A stretch of 63,800 bases of DNA, counting the filler, from Lenisia limosa (lineage: Eukaryota; Protista; Breviatea), in assembly GCA_001655205.1 (NCBI GenBank). It is 10 parts of 10 records of this genome, joined end to end, with 100 filler letters (N's around TTAATTAATTAA, not from the genome) between each part and the next. Parts side by side here need not be neighbours in the genome. Positions count along the whole stretch, not along the records: positions 48,492 to 52,593 come from LPNZ01002066.1; positions 52,694 to 58,647 come from LPNZ01010423.1; positions 58,748 to 60,208 come from LPNZ01007023.1; positions 60,309 to 63,800 come from LPNZ01005054.1; 6 more parts are not named here. One strand, written 5' to 3'. Below the pieces are notes generated by a model that was given only the letters and a program-made list of their open reading frames with translations, searched no databases and was not told the origin of the DNA. The stretch's first letter is position 1. Each line of letters opens with the position of its first letter. The position numbers and the translations under genes are program-made. Of this stretch, positions 49,855-60,399 are shown one piece after another.

Positions 49855-52537
49855 ATGGCTTATTCATTATCGTGTCCTAAGGGTTTGGTGGATGGTGAAG
49901 GTATTCATTTGCAAATTTGTCTTTAACTTGTGCTAGGAGACCTTCCCGACTGCGTTCGCGCCGTAGCTGCCTTCGCTAAGATTGAAGTCACCGCTGTTGA
50001 GGTATGAAATGCGCGATTGCTTTCATTTTAGTTTTTCATCACCCTCCCTCGGCTCCTCCTTTTCTTCTTGACAGTTCTAGGGCGACAAAATCGATTTGAT
50101 CGTCGACGGGTAAGCGTAACCATCCTTTTCCCTGACCTTTAGCACTGCCCGTAGCCTGTCCTCTCTCGAGAAGATCTGCTTCGAACTCGCCAGCCTCGTC
50201 TGCCCCTCTCTTGTCCCCACTGAGAAGGCCGAACTCGAGGAGGTGAGCAGGTTGTTTTTTTTTTTTGTTGTTTTTTTTTAATGGAGGAGGNNNNNNNNNN
50301 NNNNNNNNNNNNNNNNNNNNNNNNNNNNNNNNNNNNNNNNNNNNNNNNNNNNNNNNNNNNNNNNNNNNNNNNNNNNNNNNNNNNNNNNNNNNNNNNNNNN
50401 NNNNNNNNNNNNNNNNNNNNNNNNNNNNNNNNNNNNNNNNNNNNNNNNNNNNNNNNNNNNNNNNNNNNNNNNNNNNNNNNNNNNNNNNNNNNNNNNNNNN
50501 NNNNNNNNNNNNNNNNNNNNNNNNNNNNNNNNNNNNNNNNNNNNNNNNNNNNNNNNNNNNNNNNNNNNNNNNNNNNNNNNNNNNNNNNNNNNNNNNNNNN
50601 NNNNNNNNNNNNNNNNNNNNNNNNNGGGAGAGAGAGGGGATTCTTGAAAATGGTCTTTTTGCTCTTTGGTGGTTAGTGCTACCCTGCGGTCAAAAAAAGA
50701 CCTGGTAAAATAGCAATATTTGTCTATATTCTTCCTTCGTTTTACTCCCCAGGGAGAGTATGCCACAGAGTTGATTTTGGGCTTTTTTTGTTTCTTAAAT
50801 TTTCCATTCTTACCTCTAGTGCCGAATTCAAGGCGAAATGCGAAGAGATCTCCCAACGCTTGACCCTCCGTACCTTTATGGTCGGCTTCACCTTCACCGT
50901 CGCCGACATCTTTGCCTGGGGCTATTTGAAACGTGGGGAGGGGGTCATCATATTTGGTTTATTATTATCCTCATTTTGGCTCTAACCCCCCCAGGCTCAG
51001 TGCCCTTCGATAACGGAAACAAGGCGAAGAACAAGGCGTTCCCCCTCCTCCTCCGCTACTTCAACTTCATCGAGTCTCTCCCCGAGGTAAAGTTGATGGC
51101 AATGCGACGACCTCGGCGAGATTTAACCTTGTTTATTTCTCATCTCTACATCATTTTAATATTTCGATATTCATCATTACTCAGATCAATATCGATATGT
51201 ATCATGCTTCACAATGAGATAATTCTGTGTATCAGCTGGTGGTAAATACGCATCAGAAGAAGTTTCTTTACACTGACCGCGATAAGTCCTGACACGGATA
51301 TTTGGCTTTGAAACAATTGTGTCAGGACTTATCGCGGTCACTGTAGGTCTGATATATAATTGAAATTCAATTCCAATATACTAGGACTTCGTGCTTGAAT
51401 AATTAATTTAAAATTTGAAGAGTGACATATTGTAAAGGGAAATCCATTTTAGACAATTAATCTTTTCATAAATAGCACTGAATCCTAATCTAAATGAATA
51501 TTGTTTGAGAATACATTTTCATGTTTCAGATTGCCCCTAAGAAGACCAAGAAGGCCAAGGCCTCTGTAGGGGGGAGGGGGTTAAAGCAGGGTGCCAACCC
51601 AGAAACTGGCTCGGATAAACCGCAAATAGAATCAAAACGGAGCGTAACTTGTGTGATGTTTTACTGTTATAAAAGCAGTTGTTTTGGAAGTAAGAGAGCA
51701 AATGTTGTGATTATCATACCACAAAAATCTTCGTTTCTTGACTCACCCGTTAGACCAAGGGTTCCTTCGAAATTGACCTTCCTGGCGCTGCTCCCGGAAA
51801 AGTAAGCCTATCATATCATATGTCATATAGCTATATAGTGATGAGAAATAAAATAAATTTGCCGGTTTAGAGACAAGCCTGTTAGCTAATCTCCAAACCA
51901 TTATTTTCTACAAAACACATCAGAAATACGGAGTATGCCTCAGAGATTTTTCCAAGGGCTCTTTTTATAGAGCAGGAAATGATTCTGAAGATTATCACTC
52001 TTTTTTTTTTTTGCTTCAAAATTTTTCCATTTTAACTCATAGTATATTGATATTTCAACAACTTACCCCCACAGGTTTGCACACGTTTCCCCCCCGAACC
52101 CTCCGGTTACATGCACATTGGCCACGCCAAGGCTGCTCTCCTCAACAACCACTTTGCCCGGCATTACGATGGTAGCATGGGTGAAATGGTATTCTTTATT
52201 GTAATCTATGAGTTGTAAAGTAAAGGGTGGCTTTGAAAAAGACTGAAGCTCTGGATAAATTCGATAACTATCGATACTTTACCAGTCTTTTTCGGTCGGT
52301 CTATCAATGAATTACTTTTTTATTATTTTTCTCTCCTCAACTGTAATAAATAACTAAGCCTGATACCTTATCCCATTGAGGCAAGTCAAAAGAATATAAT
52401 TATCCCATGAGGCAATTTAACCCATATCAGGCAAGCTGATTGTCCGTTTCGACGACACCAACCCCAGCAAGGAGAAGGACGAGTTTGTTGACAACATTAT
52501 TGACGATCTGGAGAGGCTTCAGATCAAGCCTGATGTT
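49855..52537 (+). CDS. Cytosolic glutamyl-tRNA synthetase (GST-like N-terminal domain + class I catalytic domain), 3'-truncated
   Basis: [23 protein letters not shown] (GST-C-like); [24 protein letters not shown] (HIGH motif); [18 protein letters not shown]. Confidence 0.95.
51271..51343. mobile_element. 73-bp MITE with 25-bp TIRs and TA flanks (Tc1/pogo-type CAGT terminus), inside a GluRS intron
   Basis: TA|CACTGACCGCGATAAGTCCTGACAC ... GTGTCAGGACTTATCGCGGTCACTG|TA, with one mismatch between the arms. Confidence 0.9.
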
Positions 52538-52715
52538 GTGAGCGAGGCTTTTTTGATGCTGTATTGGTGGTTATTGTTTTCAAAGTTGTTGGGNNNNNNN
52601 NNNNNNNNNNNNNNNNNNNNNNNNNNNNNNNNNNNNNTTAATTAATTAANNNNNNNNNNNNNNNNNNNNNNNNNNNNNNNNNNNNNNNNNNNNGGGGGGG
52701 GGGGGGGCTATGAGT

Positions 52716-52872
52716 ATTGTTATTATTTTAGTTATTACTCATTCCTTACTGAATATTATTTTAGTTATTTTTACTCATTCCTTACAGGATAGTTTTTTAG
52801 TTATTTTTACTCATTCCAGGCTGAATATTATGTTAGTTATTTTTACTCATTCCTTACTGAATATTATTTTAG
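52716..52872. repeat. Minisatellite, ~33-bp unit, 4-5 copies
   Basis: The unit TTAGTTATTTTTACTCATTCCTTACTGAATATTA repeats in tandem with variation. Confidence 0.9.
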
Positions 52873-53335
52873 GCCTTACTTACTATTTTTTTTTACTGTA
52901 GCTTTTTTATTTTACGTTTTTTCTGACCCCCCCCCCCCNNNNNNNNNNNNNNNNNNNNNNNNNNNNNNNNNNNNNNNNNNNNNNNNNNNNNNNNNNNNNN
53001 NNNNNNNNNNNNNNNNNNNNNNNNNNNNNNNNNNNNNNNNNNNNNNNNNNNNNNNNNNNNNNNNNNNNNNNNNNNNNNNNNNNNNNNNNNNNNNNNNNNN
53101 NNNNNNNNNNNNNNNNNNNNNNNNNNNNNNNNNNNNNNNNNNNNNNNNNNNNNNNNNNNNNNNNNNNNNNNNNNNNNNNNNNNNNNNNNNNNNNNNNNNN
53201 NNNNNNNNNNNNNNNNNNNNNNNGTATCAGCCTTATAAATAAGCTACAAAAAATCGTGAAATAAGCTACAAAAATCGTGAAATAATAAGTAATATGTACA
53301 TACAATAGGAGATGTGTATGGGATTGGAGGTGTAG

Positions 53336-56300
53336 CATTCCCCAATCACGTTCATAGTACCGACACGGCCTACAGCGGGCAGACCGCTACTCTCACAATG
53401 ACTAACATCGATGATGATGTTGCAGCTATCGCCGTCACTCCAGCTACTGCGGAGGTAGGGGAGAACGGAGAAAATATTGAGAAGAAATACTTGAGTAAAC
53501 GGGAACAGTAGGAATATTGACACGGAATATAAAGTACGAAATAACAATTATTTTTCCATAAGACTACGAAATAATAATGTTCATTGGCCGGGGTGGTAGT
53601 ACCCAATTTATGAACCAACATAACTCTGTCGCTCTTACCATCTTACACTTCAACTCAGCATCGCACCATTCTCTCCTAACCCCCCAGCTATGGGAGGCAA
53701 GTGTTGGCAATGTCAACGCTCTCGGTGGTAAGGCCGACTTTTCCGTGGCCCTTACAGCCCGGCCAACAAGTACCGTCAACATCCCAATATCTGTGTCTGA
53801 CGCGACAGAGGCTGAAATCTCAAACGTGGTCCATATACTGACGTTTAGTCCGTCTTTATGGAATGCCCAGCAACTGGTAACGCTCCTGCCTCTCAGGGAT
53901 TATATTGATGATGGTGACCAGAGCTTCGATTTACAAGTGGGTTAAGGTTGAGATCTTGTGCTAGCTCTGGCGTTTTGATCACTCGGCTAATCCCTTGATT
54001 TTGATCATTCGATTTTGATCCATATTAAAAAGGCATAAATCTGATTTCCCCTTCGGAAAAGACTTTCCTCAGTTTTCAATTTTTTATGTTGTAGTATAAA
54101 AGCTAATCATGACAGGCGATATTTGTTCGTGGTATTTCTATCGATTTGTTGGACCATTTAGAGTCCTCTATGACTAAAACTTCAAAACTACATATCATTT
54201 GCAATATTAACAGAGCTGATTTTGGCCTTTTCTTGTTTGTTGTTTGTTTATAAAGTTCCCCATTTCACCCCCCCCCCCCNNNNNNNNNNNNNNNNNNNNN
54301 NNNNNNNNNNNNNNNNNNNNNNNNNNNNNNNNNNNNNNNNNNNNNNNNNNNNNNNNNNNNNNNNNNNNNNNNNNNNNNNNNNNNNNNNNNNAGACATCGC
54401 CGGAATCACTGCGTTTGTTGGGGGAACTTTTGCCAGTTTTTCTCAGCTGTTGATTTTTTGTTTCATAAATTTGACAATTTCACCCCCCCCCCCAGGACAA
54501 TCAGCGATTTGGTGACGTCAGAGGATGCGGCCGAAGTGACTGTTACCACCATCCTCAAGTCCAAACCCCTCTACCCCGTCACTGTCACCGTGGGAGGGGG
54601 AGAGGGGTGTGATGCTGTATATAATCTAGCTATTGAAATACATTGTACAATGTATATTATACATAATGAATTGGGGGTAAACCCTCGTTTGTTGTCAGCC
54701 AACAGAGTTGGCTTTGGGATTTTTTGTTTTTGTAATATTTCCAAGTTTACCCTCCCCCGTAGGTGACCTCCAGTGACACTACTGAAGGTGTGGTATCGCC
54801 AGCGTCCCGAACAGTCGCCCCAGCTGACTGGGCAAACGCCCTAACGTTCATTGTCCGCGGCGTCAACGATAATGTGAGGGGATTTTGTGAGGAAAATGTA
54901 ACGATAGAGCTGTTTTTCTGGGAATTTTTTTTTGTTTCCTACCCTGCCAAATAACATGCTTCACTAACTCGAAAGATTGCGGACGGTGCAGTGACTTACA
55001 CTGTGGCTGTTTCCTCTCAGTCAAGTGACGATAACTATCAAGTCGACAGCATCGCAGTGAGAGAGGTGTTGCTGTTTCAATTTTGGGCTTTATTGGTTTT
55101 AAACATTGTCAATTTACTCCCCCTTATATTAATACTCACCCAGTCCTGGAACGTCATTAATACGGACAATGACTCAGCCGGTGTAACCACCACCACGCCC
55201 AGTGGACAGGCGTCCGAGTCGGGCGCTAAGGTGGGGGGGGGGGGNNNNNNNNNNNNNNNNNNNNNNNNNNNNNNNNNNNNNNNNNNNNNNNNNNNNNNNN
55301 NNNNNNNNNNNNNNNNNNNNNNNNNNNNNNNNNNNNNNNNNNNNNNNNNAGTATGTAATATATAATATATCGTCATAATCGTCAGGCCTGAGGCCCCATT
55401 GGTGGGGGAGGAGGAGGGATAGCGAAGGTGTGTCAAGTTTTTTGTTTTGCTTTTCAAGGGTTCATTGAAATATTTCGATATCCATTGGCTGTTCTCGAAG
55501 ATATGTTGGAATTTGTGAAGGAATTCTGTGATCAGTCATGCATCCAGGTTGCCCACCCCCCCTTACATCCCTTCACATCCCCGACTGGCCTGGGCTTTGT
55601 TGTGTNNNNNNNNNNNNNNNNNNNNNNNNNNNNNNNNNNNNNNNNNNNNNNNNNNNNNNNNNNNNNNNNNNNNNNNNNNNNNNNNNNNNNNNNNNNNNNN
55701 NNNNNNNNNNNNNNNNNNNNNNNNNNNNNNNNNNNNNNNNNNNNNNNNNNNNNNNNNTCAATACTTCTCGAGGTAAGAACCCCATGCAATTCATCGCGTA
55801 CTTAAGTGCTGTATTTGAAGTGACCATTCTAGACACTATTATTTCGCATTTTGTCGATATTGTCTGGTTCTTCTAATTATCCTTATGAAAACACGACTGT
55901 CAACGATATTATTTCGGAGGATTTTGATGCAGTACACCCTTATTATGTAGTAATACGCAAATCAACACATAGCTCCATCACATTAATAACCACACAGCTC
56001 TATAACATGAGTCAACTTTCATAAACACGCAGGTATCCGACACTACTGAAGCGGAGTTGACTTCGCCTTTCAATTCCATTGTCACGTTCACGCCGGAAAA
56101 CTACTTCATCCCTTCGATGGTGGAGGTGGAAGGGGGGCTCTTTAAGTACAGCTATTAGTAGGGCTTCACTTCGGTTCAAAATAAAGACTGAATTTCTCGA
56201 TAAATCTTCGAAAACTATCGATACTTTACCGGGGGGGGTTTTTTTTTCCATAAATTTTCCAATTTACCCCCCTCCCCTCACAGATAGCTGGTGTTGACGA

Positions 56301-58647
56301 CTTCATAGCTGACGGGGTGCAGACTGTGGATATTCGAGTATGGAGAGGGAGGCTGATATTTAAATAGATATTCAAATGTTATGGGACTTAATCTGCCACA
56401 TTCACATAAAATATCCTGTATTTCACCCAACTATCCATCAGCACTTTGACCCCCCAGGTGAAAACTATCACAACCACGGACACTACGTATGCCACGCATC
56501 TCGGAGTAGGGACGGTGGTCGCAACAGTGGAGGTAACAGACGATGATGTCGTGGGCCTGGATATCAGCAGTATCAGCGGACCTGTCTACGAAGCCAACTC
56601 TACCAAGGTTTGCTGGTAGAAGAATCGAATGGCCTGGGCGTTGTTATTAACCCTTGTGTGTTGTTGTCAACCAACAGAGTTGATTGTGGGCTTTTTTTTG
56701 TTTTGTCAGTTTTGCATTTGTACTCCCCCGAGAAAGCCAATTCTCTAACCCCCTCCCTACTCCAGGTAGCCACCTTCACCGTGCGTTTGACAACGGTGCC
56801 GACAGCGGAGGTAACTGTTCCTGTTTCCAGCTTGGATGTCAGCGAAGGCGTCGTATCTCCGGCATCTCTTGTAGGGGGGACAAAGTCGATGTTTTCGTTT
56901 TCATTTCAGGCTACTTTTATTTTCTTGGTAATCAATACTGATTCTTTTATACTGTGCCTTCTCTGAAATATATCATGTGCTGCTGTACATATCATATGTA
57001 GTAGTTATTGATGAATAACAAAAGGGACAGGGATGTATTATTAATGAATAGCAAAAAGGACAGAGGATGTATTTTTATAGCAAAAAGGACAGAGGATGTA
57101 TTATTAATGAAGAGCAAAAAGGACAGAGGATGTATTATTGCAGTTATTAGCTGATACGAAAGCACTCTCATCACAATCTCCACACCTCTCCCCTAGCTCT
57201 TCACAACGTCAAATTGGGAAGTTCCGCAGACTGTCTCTGTAACAGGAGTTGACGATGACGTTGACGACGACTCTGGTGGGACTTTGATAAGGGACCGCTT
57301 TTGCCTTCTTTTTCTTCGCTGAACGGGGTCACAGCTACTCCTTGTCATTAGGACTTCACCCCGATCCAGAAATTGACATAAATTCTCGATAACTCATCAA
57401 TATATGATATATGTTTCCATGTTTTAGATTTTTTCGTACATGGTTACTCATATTCGCAGTTTCGGGATAAAACTACCTTTAGCCCCCTCGAGGGGAATAG
57501 CCTTCTATTTGTTTTTCTCTCTTCCCTGCCCTTTCCTCTTGTGTTTTTTGTCGTTTCTTCTCTGCTTATTTGGTATTGCTTGACTGGACATCTCACGGTA
57601 TAGGAGCGGGGAGCAGCGGGACGTATTTTGACGTTATGGTTGGGCCCACCGCTAGTTCGGACCCCAACTACGCCGCCGCATTCTCCACCACCATCAAGGT
57701 TGGGGGGGGGGGTGTTGTACATAATATACCATACCATNNNNNNNNNNNNNNNNNNNNNNNNNNNNNNNNNNNNNNTACCATATATCATATAAAAAGGTTG
57801 TGTACTAATGTAGTCGGTAATGCTCACATACTGAATTATATTCTTGGGCCTTATCCCCTTATTATTTCCAGGTATTGAACATCGACGACGATACTGCCAA
57901 CCTAGAAGTAGGGTGATTTTCTTGGGAAATAAGGGGGACGGTTTAAAATATGTTTGGGGGTAGGGATGTTTCAAATAGAAACACAATCAAGAAGGTCATA
58001 ACGATCGATGTAGGTTATTCTGCCCTCAAGCCTCCCGTTGAAGACGTACGAAGATTCCGCCATGCCAGCAACCACTTTCCAAGTGGGGAGGAGGAGTGTA
58101 CATTTAGAAGTATATGAAGGTGTTTCATTATTGTATACTCTATATAAGGGTGAAGAAATAATGGATAAGGGTGTTCTCTGTGTTGGGGGAAAGGGGAAAG
58201 TTTTGAGCCAAAAATGTACGTATAAACAAATGCTTATGATTATATGCATATTTACATAGTGACAAGCCAATGATCCTGAATTGATATACTACATCCAATA
58301 TCTCTTAGAAGCGTGATGGTGTGGACGGCTTCGGTCAGATACAATCTTGTTTTTATTGCTCCTATATAATTTGAACTTTTCTTCGAAACAGCCAGTACTC
58401 ACCCCACAGCTTAAACTTTCCACCAAGCCTCTCGCTGATGTGCAAGTACCAGTATGCTTGGGGTTGTCAGCATGGTGGAGTATTTCAAGTTTTTTTATCT
58501 GATTCTTCAACTATTTTTTCTTGTAAGCTATTTTATTAGGTTATTATATGCACTAACCCTATTAGGCGGTTTCCTATGCCTCTACAGAGGGAGTTGTCTC
58601 CCCTGCCCTCCTCACTTTCACCCCTGATGACTGGAATATTGCCCAAA
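53336..58647 (+). CDS. Large extracellular protein of tandem Calx-beta/cadherin-like beta-sandwich repeats (partial at both ends)
   Basis: Repeated modules of the form F(T/S)V.L...P...V.+P+S.SD.TE(A/G)...LTF(T/S)P..W...Q.V.+.GVDD...DG, and N.D(D/N)D junction motifs. Examples: LFTTSNWEVPQTVSVTGVDDDVDD; LTFSPSLWNAQQLVTL; VSPALLTFTPDDWNIAQ. Confidence 0.8.
57010..57140. repeat. Intronic minisatellite, ~4 copies of CAAAAAGGACAGAGGATGTATTATT...
   Basis: Direct tandem copies are visible between 57010 and 57140. Confidence 0.85.
58308..58345 (+). repeat. Representative copy of a ~35-nt dispersed motif (family C)
   Basis: AAGCGTGATGGTGTGGACGGCTTCGGTCAGATAC. Related copies at ~11054, 40160, 46038 and 48005. 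Confidence 0.8.
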
Positions 58648-59223
58648 NNNNNNNNNNNNNNNNNNNNNNNNNNNNNNNNNNNNNNNNNNNNTTAATTAAT
58701 TAANNNNNNNNNNNNNNNNNNNNNNNNNNNNNNNNNNNNNNNNNNNNTACGATCAAAGCTGGATGGACAGAGCGCGGACCAGACTAGACTGCAGAAAAGA
58801 ATCTCTACAGGTACCAGCAATATGGTGTCAAGCAAACTGTGACTATTCAAACCATACTGATGCTGAGCAAAAAAGTAGTAATGGTATCAACAAAAAATGG
58901 CTGGGCAAACAGAAAGCACAAAACAAAACACACATACAGCAAACATTAAAATCAAAACAACAGCACAAAAAAAAACGGAGTACAAGTNNNNNNNNNNNNN
59001 NNNNNNNNNNNNNNNNNNNNNNNNNNNNNNNNNNNNNNNNNNNNNNNNNNNNNNNNNNNNNNNNNNNNNNNNNNNNNNNNNNNNNNNNNNNNNNNNNNNN
59101 NNNNNNNNNNNNNNNNNNNNNNNNNNNNNNNNNNNNNNNNNNNNNNNNNNNNNNNNNNNNNNNNNNNNNNNNNNNNNNNNNNNNNNNNNNNNAGAGTGAA
59201 ATTGTTTTTCGTATAAAATAACA

Positions 59224-60208
59224 GGTCTCTCTTGGCTGCTACTTTTCTTACACTCCAAGGGGAACTGTCCTGAAGGTTTCCTTCTAAATGTTCCCAAAAC
59301 CAGTGGGGTGGAGTGCACCTTCGCTGCTGGCTGGATTGACGTGCCTGTCTGTGAAACAGGTTNNNNNNNNNNNNNNNNNNNNNNNNNNNNNNNNNNNNNN
59401 NNNNNNNNNNNNNNNNNNNNNNNNNNNNNNNNNNNNNNNNNNNNNNNNNNNNNNNNNNNNNNACCATAACAGCCCCCACGAATATATTTGCTAACTCTTG
59501 ATTCAGTGACGTGCACCAATGTTTTCGACTCCTCTATGTTGTCTTCAAACTGCACATCAGGTTTCGAGGGGGAGGGGGGTACCGAGTTTTTGGCTGAACT
59601 TTCGCGCTACATACTCTGCTTTTTTTTTTTCATTATTTCTCACATCTCAGGAGTGTCAAACTATGGTGACGTTTGTGCCTTAGCCTGCTCCGATTCAGGG
59701 GACACCCCTTCAGGTTGGTCGCTGTGTTCAACATTAGGATTCAAATGGTTATGGAAAACCGGAGTGGTATTCTCTCCTTTTTTTTTAATATAATTGGAAA
59801 GTAATGTTAGTCTTGATATTCGTTTGTTTATCCTATACAATAATGTATATCGATATATTACGAGTGAATACTCGCCCCCACCGCACTCATCTTTGCTTGA
59901 AAACGTAAATTACGATTTTAGGATCACCCAGCGCCACCTGTGGGGATTCAGGCTGGATCTCAGACTTCTTTTGCAGTGAGTATAGGTTACTTTTTAATTG
60001 ACTCTGGACATAGGGGATACCTTGATTTAGGACTCAGTGCAGTCGTTTTTGGGTAAATTAATGAAGTAAATTATCTGAAATAGTTCCGGTCATAATTTTC
60101 TCAATAATATCGATATTTCATTGGTCTCTTTTTGAACTATTAGCAGTTGTCGCAGCATCTCTTGACACAACAGATATTGAAGTTCACTCCTGTGGCAAAA
60201 GCGCCGAC
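59224..60208 (+). CDS. Fragment of a sushi/CCP-module protein paralogous to 14261-18813
   Basis: GNCPEGFLLNVPKTSGVECTFAAGWIDVPVCET|VTCTNVFDSSMLSSNCTSG|VSNYGDVCALAC..GSPSATCGDSGWISDFFC aligns with GTCPLGFTLVVPLTTGVTCTFEEGWVDGPSCDP|VTCTNSFGSAKTSSNCTGG..VAVCGQSGWESSFQC. Confidence 0.8.
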
Positions 60209-60399
60209 NNNNNNNNNNNNNNNNNNNNNNNNNNNNNNNNNNNNNNNNNNNNTTAATTAATTAANNNNNNNNNNNNNNNNNNNNNNNNNNNNNNNNNNNN
60301 NNNNNNNNCCCCCCCCCCCCCCCAAGTGTGAAATTAGCCAGTAGTATTCTGATATTTCAATAAATTCCATCTTCCTTCTGTGGGGAAGCGAATATACTG

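Noticed and set aside
5505-60308. Gene neighbourhoods or operon-like clusters across the window; CRISPR arrays, tRNA, rRNA and U12-type introns
   Set aside because: The spacers join unrelated contigs, so cross-spacer synteny is meaningless. I saw no repeat-spacer array, cloverleaf, rRNA or clear RTATCCTT donor.
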